A stretch of DNA of 64,000 nucleotides from Calditrichia bacterium (GTDB lineage: Bacteria; Calditrichota; Calditrichia; RBG-13-44-9; J075). The notes beneath the pieces were generated by a model. It saw only the letters and a program-made list of their open reading frames with translations. It had not been told where the DNA came from and did no database searches. The translations under genes and the position numbers were made by a program. The DNA lies in assembly GCA_050633245.1 (NCBI GenBank), contig JBOEGD010000032.1, positions 32,001 to 96,000 on the forward strand. The letters are read 5' to 3'. Of this stretch, positions 19,393 through 30,268 are shown in pieces; within the stretch, counting starts at the first letter, position 1, and each line of letters opens with the position of its first letter.

Positions 19393-20736
19393 CTAACCAA
19401 TCTTGCCCATTAACGTGCGGTAATTAATGTCCAGGACTTTACATGCTTCTTTTTTGCTGCCCTTCTTTAAATCCAATACCATCTTGACATAGATTTTTGA
19501 TACCTCTTCGAGGCTTAGCTCGTTTGCCAGTGCCTGATCGAGAAAATTATTTGTATTCTCCAGGATATCAGGTGGTACATTCTCGATATCAATTTGCTGC
19601 TGATTGGTAAGAATCAAGCGCTTAACCGTATTCTCCAGTTCGCGAGCATTACCTTCCCATGTCAGGTGAGACATAAAAGCAATGAAGCGATTGGTAAACT
19701 TTGGTGGCGCAAGCTGATTTTCGCGGCAGAATTGCTCAGTAAAATAATCAATCATTGCAGGAATGTCATCCGGCCGTTCTCGCAGCGGTGGGATGTGAAT
19801 CGGAATAACGTTTAGGCGATAATACAAATCTTCGCGAAACTTATTCTCTTTTATCATTTCGGCCAGCGGCTTATTTGTAGCGGCAATAAGGCGGAAGTTC
19901 ACCGAGATCTCCTGCTCTCCACCGAGACGGTAAAAGCGCTTGGTTTCGAGAATGCGCAAAAGTTTAACCTGTAGCTCCAACGGCATATCCCCAATTTCAT
20001 CCAGGAACAGTGTGCCATTGTGTGCGAGCTCGAATTTGCCCCGCGTCATTTTAGTTGCTCCGGTAAACGCGCCCTTCTCGTACCCAAATAGCTCACTCTC
20101 GAGCAGATTGGGTGGCAATGCGCCGCAATTGATTGCTACAAACTGGTCTTTCAGGCGTACACCCTGCTTATAGATGTGTTTGGCAATAACTTCTTTACCA
20201 ACACCTGATTCACCCGTAACCAGTACTGTTTCACTGCTTTGCTTCAGATTGTTCAAGGTCGAGAGAATTTGCTGCATTTGCTTACTGACGGCAACGATGT
20301 CTTCAAATCGTATATTTTCTTTGAGCTTTGAGCGCAGCTCTTTGTTCTCTCGCTCCAGCAATTGCATTCGCAAGGCCTGCTTTACCAGCTGCGGAAGTTC
20401 TTCTTCCAGGTTTTCATCGCTCTTGGAAAAATAGCTATAGGCACCACGCTTTTGCGCCTCCAAGGCATACTGATGTTCTTTGTAAGACGTTACGACAATT
20501 ATTTCATAGTCTTGCCCACGCTTAATCAGATCATCCAACAGACCGAGGCCATCGGTAATCTGTGGCAGACCAAGATCCAGTATGATTAAATCGGGCTCAA
20601 ACGATTCTGACACCAATAACGCCTCATCCTTGTCCCCGGCCAGCTTAATGCTATACTGATCGCCAATCCATTGCTGGAAGCTGTCGCTCCATAAATCATT
20701 GTCTTCAATAATCAATACTTTATTATTACTTGTCAC
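19393..20736 (-). CDS. Sigma54-dependent NtrC-family response regulator (PrsR-like)
   Basis: REC (IIED, LDLGLP), [44 protein letters not shown], Fis-type HTH. Confidence 0.93.
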   Translation of the reverse strand: MTSNNKVLIIEDNDLWSDSFQQWIGDQYSIKLAGDKDEALLVSESFEPDLIILDLGLPQITDGLGLLDDLIKRGQDYEIIVVTSYKEHQYALEAQKRGAYSYFSKSDENLEEELPQLVKQALRMQLLERENKELRSKLKENIRFEDIVAVSKQMQQILSTLNNLKQSSETVLVTGESGVGKEVIAKHIYKQGVRLKDQFVAINCGALPPNLLESELFGYEKGAFTGATKMTRGKFELAHNGTLFLDEIGDMPLELQVKLLRILETKRFYRLGGEQEISVNFRLIAATNKPLAEMIKENKFREDLYYRLNVIPIHIPPLRERPDDIPAMIDYFTEQFCRENQLAPPKFTNRFIAFMSHLTWEGNARELENTVKRLILTNQQQIDIENVPPDILENTNNFLDQALANELSLEEVSKIYVKMVLDLKKGSKKEACKVLDINYRTLMGKIG

Positions 20737-20754
20737 GAAAAATACTCCCGTAAG

Positions 20755-22782
20755 TTATACGGCTTGATATGGTAGACGAATTTGTACCGTTGTTCCGTGG
20801 TTGCGTTTACTGTCGATCGTTACATAACCGGAGTGCATGCGAATAATTTGTTGAACTATGGACAGGCCAAGTCCGGTGCCACCTTCGCGTTTAAAGGTGG
20901 TAAAGAAAGGATCAAAGATCCGATTCAAATGCTGTTCATCGATTCCGTCTCCGGCGTCTTCAATATCAATTGATATCCAAAGATCGCTGCTAACTTTTGA
21001 GGTTGGGTGAAGCGGGCGCGTTGAAATTCGCATTGTCTTGCCTTCACTGTCTCTCATCGCCCGGGTGCCGTTCTCTATAATATTGCTGAACACGCGTCGC
21101 ATCTGATGCATATCCAGTGGAATTTTAGGCAGCTCGTCCGCATAGTTTTTCTCTATTCGAATGTCCTCTGGAATCGTTAACAGATCTAGGCTCATATCAA
21201 CAAGCTGATTAATGTCTACCGGCTTTTTTTGTAGCGGTTGGGGACGCGTATAGTTGAGAAGATCCTTAACCAGCTTTTCTACATGTAAGGCATTTCTAGC
21301 CAAGCGCTCGTTGTCGCTATCCCGCGTATGCAGCTTAACCAGACTTACAAAGGAGCGAAAGTCATGAGCGATTTGCGACGAGAGCATACCGATACCAGCC
21401 ATCTTTTCAGACTGCAGTGCTTGTTGAATAGACTGTAGGTTTGCTATTGCAATGGCAAGCTGAGCACTAAGAAGGCGTAGAATATGTAGATAGCGCTGCG
21501 GAATGGGAATAAAGCGTCGCTCACCACCAAGAAAAATAAGCCCAATAAGGTTATCCTGCTTTATTAAAGGAATACCGAGATAGATGCCGGCATTGTCTAG
21601 CTGTGTAAATAAGACACTGTCATTCTCATAATCGAACTTGTTAAGAATTTTTTGTTCAACCTCCAATTGCTCCAGGAGTTTGGAGTTTGGCGTGTTAACC
21701 AGAGCTTCGATCGCTTGGCTTTGAAATCCAGCCAAATAGGCGATTTGATAAGGGGAGACATCGTATTGAGTTGTAAGAATAGCAACTCGTGGCGTCTTAA
21801 AGGTGTCTCGGCAAAAGTTTGCAACATATTCCAACAGTGCTTCAAGATCAATAAAGCGAATGAGCTGACGGGAAAAATCTTCCAGCTTGCGATCGAGCAG
21901 CTCATTATAACCCAGCAGCGTATTTTCAGATGCCTTAATAAAGAATACTAAAAGGCTGTGGCCAATCCAAACTGCGGAAATAAATATAGGAATGCTCCAG
22001 AGGATAACTTTGAGCCCCGGGGTTTCAGGAGACAAAAAGAAAAAGAGCAAAAATAGTGAGATCAACAAAATAATCGGTAGTAGGTAACGCGTGTCTTCTT
22101 CAATTTCGAGAATTTGAAATCGTCTTGCGCTAAAATACAGGGTAACAGAGATAATTACGTATCCTGCCAGAAAAAGCGGATTGAAGCCCCAAAAATATGG
22201 AAACACATATAATACAATAAGAGTAGCGATGCCAAGCGGGTAGATGACGCGATATAAGGGGGCGATTAATAAGCTTTCGCTGGACGTTCTCACGCGTCTG
22301 CTTTTGTAGTGCAGCTCCATAAACAATAATCCTGAAACGCAGCAAAAGAGAGTAATAAAAACCCAAAAATATTTCGAGTACTCTGCAGTATGTCCGTATC
22401 CGCTATTTTTTAAGCCAACAATTATTGTGTTATCCAAAACGAGCACGACCGGAATAAGTGCTGCCAGAAAAACGGCGGCTTTTCCAACGGTTAAACCAGA
22501 TAGTGTACGCGAGTAGGTAAAGCTATTGGAGAAATAATACAAAATTGCAAGAATAAAGCACTGTAGAATTAAGCGCGATTTCTCTATTAAGAGGTTACCA
22601 TCCACATAGGTGGAATTGCTGACGTAAAGAGCACCGAGGCCTTCCAACGTTAAAAGAAATACGATGTATGAATACAGCGCGATAATAGGAAGCTTGGGTT
22701 TTTGGCGTACCAGTTGAATGATCAACATCGTATTTACGCCAATTGAAAAAACCATCAAAAAATTTACAACAGGGGAGGTCAT
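20755..22782 (-). CDS. Multi-TM GAF sensor histidine kinase (PrsK-like architecture)
   Basis: Many N-terminal TMs, GAF (LGIPLI..LIGLIFLG), H-box IAHDFRS, DAGDGI, FDPFFTT, GTGLGL. Confidence 0.88.
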   Translation of the reverse strand: MTSPVVNFLMVFSIGVNTMLIIQLVRQKPKLPIIALYSYIVFLLTLEGLGALYVSNSTYVDGNLLIEKSRLILQCFILAILYYFSNSFTYSRTLSGLTVGKAAVFLAALIPVVLVLDNTIIVGLKNSGYGHTAEYSKYFWVFITLFCCVSGLLFMELHYKSRRVRTSSESLLIAPLYRVIYPLGIATLIVLYVFPYFWGFNPLFLAGYVIISVTLYFSARRFQILEIEEDTRYLLPIILLISLFLLFFFLSPETPGLKVILWSIPIFISAVWIGHSLLVFFIKASENTLLGYNELLDRKLEDFSRQLIRFIDLEALLEYVANFCRDTFKTPRVAILTTQYDVSPYQIAYLAGFQSQAIEALVNTPNSKLLEQLEVEQKILNKFDYENDSVLFTQLDNAGIYLGIPLIKQDNLIGLIFLGGERRFIPIPQRYLHILRLLSAQLAIAIANLQSIQQALQSEKMAGIGMLSSQIAHDFRSFVSLVKLHTRDSDNERLARNALHVEKLVKDLLNYTRPQPLQKKPVDINQLVDMSLDLLTIPEDIRIEKNYADELPKIPLDMHQMRRVFSNIIENGTRAMRDSEGKTMRISTRPLHPTSKVSSDLWISIDIEDAGDGIDEQHLNRIFDPFFTTFKREGGTGLGLSIVQQIIRMHSGYVTIDSKRNHGTTVQIRLPYQAV

Positions 22783-22784
22783 TG

Positions 22785-23552
22785 TTATTTTTGGCCTCGT
22801 TCTTGATCTTTTGCCTCATCCCAAAGGGCATCCAGCTCCTCCAGGGACTTTCCGTTCATTTGCTCACCCTTTTCAGCCAGCTTCTTTTCGATATATTGGA
22901 ATCGACTGGTAAACTTTTTGTTCGTTTTGCGTAGTGCATCTTCAGCATTGATCTTACGAAACCGACAATAATTGACCAGTGTGAAGAGCAGGTCGCCCAT
23001 TTCTTCTTCCAGCTCCGTTGCATTCTGGGATGCAGCAATTTCGTCCAGCTCCTCCTGAACCTTCTCTAAAACATCTTCCGGGTATTCCCAATCGAAGCCA
23101 GACTGCGACGCTTTATCCTGTAGGCGCTGTGCACGCAGCAGGGCTGACAGGTGACGCGGAATTCCCTGTAACAGCGACTTTCGTTTCTCCGACTTAAACT
23201 TTATTTGCTCCCAATTGTCACGAACATCGTCGGAGTCGTTTACTTGTACATCTCCAAAAACATGCGGATGGCGCTCGATGAGCTTGTTGTTAATGTTCGC
23301 GATAACGTCTTCCAGCTTAAAACGGTCTGTCTCAGCAGCAATCTCTGCCTGAAAGACTACTTGCAACAGTAGGTCGCCGAGCTCTTTCTTAAGCTCAGGC
23401 CAATTTTCATCGTCAATCGTTTCAACGGTTTCGTACGCTTCCTCAAGAATATATTGACGCAGGGTTTGTGGCGTTTGCTCACGATCCCAGGGACATTCTT
23501 TGCGGAGGCGATGCATAATACGAACGAGTTTTTCGAACTCTTCAAGATACAT
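22785..23552 (-). CDS. mazG: Nucleoside triphosphate pyrophosphohydrolase MazG
   Basis: LRKECPWDREQT, EEAYE, ELGDLLLQVVF, RHPHVFG, GFDW, EEEMGDLLF; likely ATG 23552. Confidence 0.95.
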   Translation of the reverse strand: MYLEEFEKLVRIMHRLRKECPWDREQTPQTLRQYILEEAYETVETIDDENWPELKKELGDLLLQVVFQAEIAAETDRFKLEDVIANINNKLIERHPHVFGDVQVNDSDDVRDNWEQIKFKSEKRKSLLQGIPRHLSALLRAQRLQDKASQSGFDWEYPEDVLEKVQEELDEIAASQNATELEEEMGDLLFTLVNYCRFRKINAEDALRKTNKKFTSRFQYIEKKLAEKGEQMNGKSLEELDALWDEAKDQERGQK

Positions 23553-23672
23553 CGTTAGATCCTGCACTATTGTGGTTGTATTTTTTACAAGAGGGCTAAA
23601 CTTAGTAAATACCTGCCTCTGAAGCAATGGAAAGATGTGCGGATTGTATTTTTTGCAATAATTTAAGTACCG

Positions 23673-23782
23673 GAACTCAGAACTCAGAACTCAGAACTCA
23701 GAACAGAGAAATGAATGAGTGGCGGATGGGGAGATGGGGTGAATGGGAGGTTTTCGAAGTCCTGCTCACTACTCACTGCTCA
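23673..23782. repeat. Composite arrays: (GAACTCA)x4, G-rich 8-mer-like run, (CTGCTCA/CTACTCA)x3
   Basis: 23673-23700; ~23712-23750 gaatgagt/ggatgggg/agatgggg; 23762-23782 overlapping the rlmB stop. Confidence 0.85.
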
Positions 23783-24520
23783 CTCAGTTTCCTGCGTTCG
23801 TTGACGCGCTACTTCACCAAGAATGATTCCTGCGGCTACGGAAGCATTTAAACTCTGTGTCTTACCCGTTTGCGGAATATAGAAAAGCGTATCACAATTT
23901 TTTTCCAGGCCTTCGCGAATTCCTTTGAACTCACTGCCGATAACGATTGCGCAATCGCCTGAAAAATCGGTTTCCCAAAGTGGTGTGGCTTCATCCTTAA
24001 GCATTGCACCTAAAACGCGGAAGCCATGATCCTGCAGTTGACGAACAGCGCGAGATAGATTGTCTGATTGATATATGGAGAGGTTAAAAACGGCTCCCGA
24101 TGATGCCTTCATTACGGTGTCGGTTATCGGTACGCTATCGCGCTGCGAAATAACAATACCCTGTGCACCAAGAACCTCAGCGCTGCGAATGATTGCTCCC
24201 AAATTATGCGGATCCTGAATGCGATCGGCCAGGAGCAGACATTGTGGACCCTCAACATCAGTGTTCTCGAGATACTTTTCTAGCGGAACAAGCTCCACCG
24301 GAGAAATAAGTGCAACAACTCCCTGATGTGTAACCCCGCCTACCATTTGGCTTAACTTCTTGATGTCGGCCGTTACAATAGAAATGTTTTTTTGGCGAGC
24401 CAGTGTATAGATCTTTTGAACCCGCTCATTTTTACTGCCAAACTGGACGTAAATCTTTTGAACCGGCTGTCCGTGTTCCAGCGCTTCAGTAACGGGGTTT
24501 CGACCATAAATGTAGGGCAT
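23780..24520 (-). CDS. rlmB: 23S rRNA (guanosine-2'-O)-methyltransferase RlmB
   Basis: IYGRNPVTEAL, HQGVVA, DPHNLGAIIRSA, KASSGA, IGSE, SLNASVA. Confidence 0.93.
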   Translation of the reverse strand: MPYIYGRNPVTEALEHGQPVQKIYVQFGSKNERVQKIYTLARQKNISIVTADIKKLSQMVGGVTHQGVVALISPVELVPLEKYLENTDVEGPQCLLLADRIQDPHNLGAIIRSAEVLGAQGIVISQRDSVPITDTVMKASSGAVFNLSIYQSDNLSRAVRQLQDHGFRVLGAMLKDEATPLWETDFSGDCAIVIGSEFKGIREGLEKNCDTLFYIPQTGKTQSLNASVAAGIILGEVARQRTQETE

Positions 24521-24807
24521 TTTTTCTCCTTGAACAGCTTAAGGGCTATCTGAGTGACCACCGCTTTTCATCATAGACTCTCAGAAGGTTGTTGTATTCT
24601 TTTGCACGTACTCGCGCGCAAGTTAATCAGACAATTGTCTAAGAGAAAGCAGAAAGCAAATTGCGGTGTCGGGCAAGTGAAAAAAGCAGGAAAGTAGTAT
24701 TCTCAAGACAAATCTATGCTTATTTTCAGAAGTTTTCCTTTATCAGGTGAACCTATTTAAAAAAAGATCGTTTATGACTGCAGAACAAAAAATGTCTGCA
24801 TCGGGGT

Positions 24808-27411
24808 TTGGCGTTGAAAACGTATAGCTTGTTCCTACTCTTTTTGTTGTTTACACCGGCACTTGCTCAGCTGCAGGATGAAGCGGTACGTTCAGATAGC
24901 AGTAGTATCGTGCAGCGTCCTGATAGCAGCAATAGTCTGGTGCAAGACTCCATGCAGACGTTGCAAGCTCCTCCCGGTAGCGGCATTGATGGGCCAATCC
25001 GCTATTCCGCCGACCTTATTACCTTCCACGTTGCTGAAAAAACTACCGAGATGGAAGGTAACGTTAAAATTGTATATGGTGAGTTGACTCTTGATGCTGC
25101 GAAGGTGCAGATAAACTGGACCGAAAATCGTATGATTGCCGAAGCAGTTGCTGATTCTGTCGACTCACTGGGAAACCCGGTGTTGCGTGGGCGTCCGACT
25201 TTATTGGAAGAAGGTGAACCGCCCATTGTCGGCCTAAAGCTGGAGTATGATTTTAAGTCGCAACGCGGAAAGGTGCTCGAAGGAAGGACGAATATGGATC
25301 CCGGCTATTATCGTGGAAGCGACATCCGAAAAGTTGGCGATGAAACGCTGCTGATTCAGGATGCCTATTTTACTTCCTGCGATCATGACCATCCTCATTT
25401 CTACTTCCGAAGTCAAAAGCTGCGCATGCGCGTTCGAAAAACAGCCGTGGCTAAACCCGTCGTCCTCTACATTGCCGATGTACCTATTCTTGCCGCTCCC
25501 TTTGCTTTTTTTTCACTCAAGCGAGGCAGACGTTCTGGCATAATTTTACCTACATATGGCGAAAACAGTCGAGCTGGTCGCAGCCTGCAGCGGTTCGGTT
25601 TTTACTGGGCTGCCTCAGATTATTGGGACGCTACGCTGTTGGCCAATTTCTACGAGAAAACAGGTGTGGCGTATACCGGATCGGTGCAGTATAAAACTCG
25701 CTATGCACTTAATGGTTCAATTAATGCCGATTATGCCCCAAAGGATGTGCTTACCGGAGCAAAGCGCGAACGCTGGGCCATGCGCTTTAGTCATAATCAA
25801 ACGCTGGGCGAAAATACCACGATTAACGGCAGCGGAAGTTTTGTAAGTGATAAAGACTTTACGCGTGATCTTTCGGAAGACATTAATGCTCGGCTCGAAC
25901 AACAGCTTCGAACCAATGTGACACTTCGGCGTAAGTTACCGGGGCAGCGGCAACTGTCGGTAAATGCTTCGCGTGATGAAAACCTTCAGACGGGTCAGGT
26001 TGGCTATACATTGCCAGACGTCATATATTCGCAAACAAGTCGCAGCATTATTCCATCAAGCGGGCTTGAGAAATCCTGGTATAATAATATTCAGTACGGC
26101 TATGGCTCGAAGATTCGCTCGCGCTTTGATAAAACGCCGGATCAAATCAATGATAGCACGGATGTGACTGAAACGTTCCTCGAAACGACTTCGGCAGGGT
26201 GGGAGCATAACGCCACGCTAAGCTTTACCGGTTTAAAGGTGTTAAAGCACTTTAGAATCAACCCGAGCGTAAGGGCTGTTGAACTTTGGGTGCCGCGTAG
26301 TCTGGAGTATTCTCTGGACGACTCTACACAAACGCTCATTTCCAAAGAAGTTGATGGTTTTCGGGCTCGCCATACGTATTCTGCTTCGGCAACCATGAAC
26401 ACCACTTTATATGGCCTTTGGGAGATTCCCTTCTCTCCAATGAAGGTGATTCGTCATAAAATTGATCCCAGTATCGGATTCTCGTACACGCCGGATTTTG
26501 GCGATGAGAGCTATGATTATTTTCAATCATTTACTACCTCAAGCGGTGATGTGCTGTATGGTGATCGCTTTGGGCGCGATATTAATCCGTTTTCTACCGT
26601 TGGTCGAGGCGAAAGCCGATCGCTGACTATGTCGGTAAACAACCTTTTTCAGGGCAAAATACTGCGTGGTGAAGAAGAAAAGAAAATTGACCTTATTCGG
26701 GTTAATATGAATACTGCTTATAACTTCGCTGCAGACAGTATACGCCTGAACAATTTGTCTACTTCTGTTACAGCAAAGCCGGTGCAGAACTTTAATTTTA
26801 GCTTCAACTCAACACACTCCTTTTATCGAACGCGCTCTGGTACAACTTCAAGAATTGATGAGTTTGTTTGGGATGATGGTTTTAAGCTGCCCACTCTTTT
26901 AAATTGGCGGGTGTCTGCAAATACCAACTTTAGTTTGCGGCCGCCGGCACCGGATGCCGAGCAGGAACAAATTGCCGATTCGCTCGATCAGCAGTTACCC
27001 GGTGTTACCACGAACCAGCCTGGTCGACAGGGAATTGGAAATTTTGGTAATGACTTTGGTGAATACCGTGATTTAAATATCCCCTGGAGCCTGAACGCGG
27101 CGCTTAACTTTAGCTATAACAAGGACGTTATCAACGATAATACAACGTGGAATTTTGATACCTTTCTTAACGGACGAATTCAGTTGACCAAGAAATGGCA
27201 GATTAACTATACTGCACAGGTCGATTTGCGAGAGCAAGCGATTGATCGTCAGGAATTCCGAATCTCGCGTGATCTGCACTGTTGGACCATGAACTTTCGT
27301 TGGGCGCCTAATCCGAGCTTTAGTTCGTATCGACTTGAAATTCGCGTGAATGCTTCCGCGCTCCAGGATCTGAAGGTGACCAAAACATCAAGTGGCAGCA
27401 GACCCTTTTAA
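24808..27411 (+). CDS. lptD: Putative LPS-assembly protein LptD
   Basis: Signal peptide, OstA-like N-domain (YSADLI, FTSCDHDHPHFYF), RRSGIILPTYG, barrel C-terminus RDLHCW. Confidence 0.85.
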   Translation: MALKTYSLFLLFLLFTPALAQLQDEAVRSDSSSIVQRPDSSNSLVQDSMQTLQAPPGSGIDGPIRYSADLITFHVAEKTTEMEGNVKIVYGELTLDAAKVQINWTENRMIAEAVADSVDSLGNPVLRGRPTLLEEGEPPIVGLKLEYDFKSQRGKVLEGRTNMDPGYYRGSDIRKVGDETLLIQDAYFTSCDHDHPHFYFRSQKLRMRVRKTAVAKPVVLYIADVPILAAPFAFFSLKRGRRSGIILPTYGENSRAGRSLQRFGFYWAASDYWDATLLANFYEKTGVAYTGSVQYKTRYALNGSINADYAPKDVLTGAKRERWAMRFSHNQTLGENTTINGSGSFVSDKDFTRDLSEDINARLEQQLRTNVTLRRKLPGQRQLSVNASRDENLQTGQVGYTLPDVIYSQTSRSIIPSSGLEKSWYNNIQYGYGSKIRSRFDKTPDQINDSTDVTETFLETTSAGWEHNATLSFTGLKVLKHFRINPSVRAVELWVPRSLEYSLDDSTQTLISKEVDGFRARHTYSASATMNTTLYGLWEIPFSPMKVIRHKIDPSIGFSYTPDFGDESYDYFQSFTTSSGDVLYGDRFGRDINPFSTVGRGESRSLTMSVNNLFQGKILRGEEEKKIDLIRVNMNTAYNFAADSIRLNNLSTSVTAKPVQNFNFSFNSTHSFYRTRSGTTSRIDEFVWDDGFKLPTLLNWRVSANTNFSLRPPAPDAEQEQIADSLDQQLPGVTTNQPGRQGIGNFGNDFGEYRDLNIPWSLNAALNFSYNKDVINDNTTWNFDTFLNGRIQLTKKWQINYTAQVDLREQAIDRQEFRISRDLHCWTMNFRWAPNPSFSSYRLEIRVNASALQDLKVTKTSSGSRPF

Positions 27412-27536
27412 TTGATGAACGATGCTTGATGAATTAACCTGAGAACACAGAACACAGAACACAGACGGTAGACTAAGGACGGCGGAGAATAAATAGCCTA
27501 ATTGCCTAATTGTCTTTTCACCTTTCACCTTTCACT
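27412..27536. repeat. Composite arrays: TTGATGA-like, (AGAACAC)x3 plus degenerate units, (CCTAATTG)x2, (TTTCACC)x3
   Basis: Read directly between the lptD stop (27411) and the next gene. Confidence 0.8.
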
Positions 27537-27552
27537 CTTTGAACCTGTTAAT

Positions 27553-28230
27553 ATGAAAAATGCCCTCATCATGTTTATGAAAGCGCCTCGTCTTGGAACC
27601 GTAAAAACCCGGATGCAGCCGCAGTTGACGCAGAAACAATCGCAGCAACTTTATATGGCAATGGGAAATGATCTCTTTGCGCAGCACAGTTCTTGTCCGG
27701 ATTATGATCTACTCGTTTCTTTTTGGCCTCCTGACGGACTTCCGGATATGCAGCACTGGATGGGCTCGGATGCCTCGTATTTCCCACAACATAGCGGTGA
27801 TCTTGGCCTAAAGATGGAGCGGGCGTTCCAGGAAACACTGGCACGCGGTTATGAAAAAGTTTGCATTATTGGTAGCGACCTACCAACAATCGATTCTAAG
27901 CTTGTCGATCGGGCCTTTGAAAAATTGTCTAATGCCGACGCCGTATTTGGGCCGACTGTTGATGGTGGCTATTATCTAATCGCGATGAAAGAAAGTAATC
28001 CACCATTATTTGCTGATGTTGTCTGGAGTACCGAAACAGTGCTGCCAAAAACTATGGAAAACGCCACATCTGCAAATCTTAAGGTTGAGCTGCTGGAGCA
28101 GCTGCGCGATATCGATTCATTCGATGAAGTACAGGCATTATGGAATATGGTCAACTTTGCAAATAGCCCCGTTGCGAAGCAGATTCCTGCAACCACAAAC
28201 GCTCTTCGCACTATTTTTAGCGATAAATAA
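27553..28230 (+). CDS. DUF2064/TIGR04282-type glycosyltransferase A family protein
   Basis: KAPRLGTVKTR, GDLGLKM, IIGSDLP, GPTVDGGYYLI, WSTETV, DID; ATG 27553. Confidence 0.88.
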   Translation: MKNALIMFMKAPRLGTVKTRMQPQLTQKQSQQLYMAMGNDLFAQHSSCPDYDLLVSFWPPDGLPDMQHWMGSDASYFPQHSGDLGLKMERAFQETLARGYEKVCIIGSDLPTIDSKLVDRAFEKLSNADAVFGPTVDGGYYLIAMKESNPPLFADVVWSTETVLPKTMENATSANLKVELLEQLRDIDSFDEVQALWNMVNFANSPVAKQIPATTNALRTIFSDK

Positions 28231-28386
28231 CGTTACCCTCGAAAAAAACTGACAGTTTGGTCGAACTTTTGCCCTTTTTTCTAATTTTTTAGAAACATTC
28301 CACTTAATTTCCCGTCTGAACAAAGGCGACAAAAAGTCGCTTGGCTACGCATAAGCTGAAACATTGAAACATCTGGGGAATAACCT

Positions 28387-30117
28387 ATGCGTCTGAACAT
28401 GGAAACATATCGAACGAACGTGGCATTTATTTGCGTCTTGTTGCTAGGCTTGGTCGCTACAACATTGGCTCAAACGTTCACGGTTGAAATTAGCGATATT
28501 GAGCCGGACGAAATAGAATATGCCGGTTTTCGATTAGATCGCACAAGCGATGTAACTATAGATATCGTAAGTGGGCACTTGCGTGGAAAAAGCTCTTATC
28601 TGGCAACCGCGTGGATTCTAAATGCAGAGAATCGCGACGTTGTCTGGGAACTTACCGATTCAAATTCCAAATGGATGAGTCGAAAGCTACGCAACTATAA
28701 AGATACGGTCGAGTTGCCTGCCGGTAATTATGAAATATATTTCTCGGTTTTTCCGGGCTATTATTATAACAATAGCGGCTGGAGCGGTTTGAAGAACTGG
28801 ATTATGGGAAGCTCTGATCGCGACAATGATGATTCGTATGAAGAGTATTCTCTCAGTATTACCGGTAGCGGTTCAGCGCTTGAAAAACGATCGATTCGCG
28901 ACAAGCGTGAATCGATTCAAAAAAAGGCCGTTGTTGCGATCTTTGCTTCGAGAGATGACTTGTTTAAGAAGCAGGGCTTTAAGATTAAGCAGGACACCGA
29001 GCTTATGATCTATGCCTTGGGTGAAGCACGGGACGATGGTTCCTTCGACTATGGCTGGATTATCAATACAGATACACGTGAGCGTGTCTGGCAAATGGAT
29101 TATCGCAATACCGATGAAGCTGGTGGTTCTAAAAAGAATCGTATGTATAAACGTACAATTGCTTTTCCCAAAGGTAACTACGCTCTCTATTTTGTAAGCG
29201 ATGACTCTCATTCCCCTCTCGAGTGGAATGCGTCGCCGCCTTATGATCCGGAATTTTGGGGTGTGTCGCTGTATGCCGATAATTCAAGTGCAAAGGCAGC
29301 AGTAGAGCTGTTTGACTATGAAGAAGCTGAGATGAAAAATCTCATTCTCGACTTTAGTCGTCTTGGTGATGATGAATTTCGTACCGAAGGTTTCACTCTG
29401 ACGCGGGATATGGATGTTCGTATCTATGCGGTAGGTGAAGGACGGCATGGCGAAATGTTCGACTACGCATGGATAACGCGCGATAACACGCGAGAACGCG
29501 TATGGGAAATGGATTACGATGATACCGAGCATGCTGGTGGTGCCTCAAAGAACCGTTTGTTCGATGGCGTTGTTCGTCTGAAAAAGGGTAACTATGTGGC
29601 CAACTTTGTAACGGATGATTCTCACTCCTATCGCGATTGGAACTCGGCGCGGCCTTTTGACCCCGAGCGCTGGGGAATGACGATTATGAGCGTTGAGAAG
29701 GGCTTTAACAGCAAGAAAGATGTGAAGACGTATGATGAAGATGCCGGTAAGGATATTCTGGCCCGTCTTGCTCGCGTCGGTGACGATAAAAAGCTGCGAA
29801 AATCATTTACCGTATCTAAAGATGCCAGCGTGCGTGTTTACGCTATAGGTGAAGGGCGCGGTGGTGATATGTATGACTTCGCATGGATCGAAGATAAGAA
29901 TGGGCGCGTTGTCTGGGAAATGACCTATCGCATGACGTCTCATGCTGGTGGATCGAAGAAGAACCGGGTGTTTGATGGCAATGTCTATTTGAAGTCCGGC
30001 GACTATACCGTCGTATTCGAATCAGACGATTCGCATTCGTTTAAAAGTTGGAATGCTGCTGCTCCGCACGATCCGCGAGATTGGGGAGTAACGGTCTATA
30101 AAGTGAGTGGTCAATAG
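28387..30117 (+). CDS. Secreted protein with four tandem ~135-aa repeats of unknown function
   Basis: Signal peptide; repeats with YAxGE, DYxWI, VWEMxY, AGGxxKNR, GxY, SDDSHS, WN, DPxxWG. Confidence 0.85.
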   Translation: MRLNMETYRTNVAFICVLLLGLVATTLAQTFTVEISDIEPDEIEYAGFRLDRTSDVTIDIVSGHLRGKSSYLATAWILNAENRDVVWELTDSNSKWMSRKLRNYKDTVELPAGNYEIYFSVFPGYYYNNSGWSGLKNWIMGSSDRDNDDSYEEYSLSITGSGSALEKRSIRDKRESIQKKAVVAIFASRDDLFKKQGFKIKQDTELMIYALGEARDDGSFDYGWIINTDTRERVWQMDYRNTDEAGGSKKNRMYKRTIAFPKGNYALYFVSDDSHSPLEWNASPPYDPEFWGVSLYADNSSAKAAVELFDYEEAEMKNLILDFSRLGDDEFRTEGFTLTRDMDVRIYAVGEGRHGEMFDYAWITRDNTRERVWEMDYDDTEHAGGASKNRLFDGVVRLKKGNYVANFVTDDSHSYRDWNSARPFDPERWGMTIMSVEKGFNSKKDVKTYDEDAGKDILARLARVGDDKKLRKSFTVSKDASVRVYAIGEGRGGDMYDFAWIEDKNGRVVWEMTYRMTSHAGGSKKNRVFDGNVYLKSGDYTVVFESDDSHSFKSWNAAAPHDPRDWGVTVYKVSGQ

Positions 30118-30135
30118 AATTCACGCAATAAGTTT

Positions 30136-30179
30136 ACAAGGGCTCCGATAGCATTTGCTGTCGGAGCCCTTGTCGTTTA
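30136..30179 (+). terminator. Intrinsic terminator-like hairpin
   Basis: ACAAGGGCTCCGATAGCA-TT-TGCTGTCGGAGCCCTTGT, 19 nt after the stop. Confidence 0.75.
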
Positions 30180-30268
30180 GGCTTAGAATACTTCGATAGT
30201 TGCAACGCCTGTTAAAACGTCCTATATTTCCGGCCAATTTTATTTTGGGAAGCAATAGAAGGTTTATC

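Noticed and set aside
27553-28230. Arsenosugar or selenium-related cluster implied by the TIGR04282-type gene
   Set aside because: Partner radical SAM and second glycosyltransferase genes are not in the window
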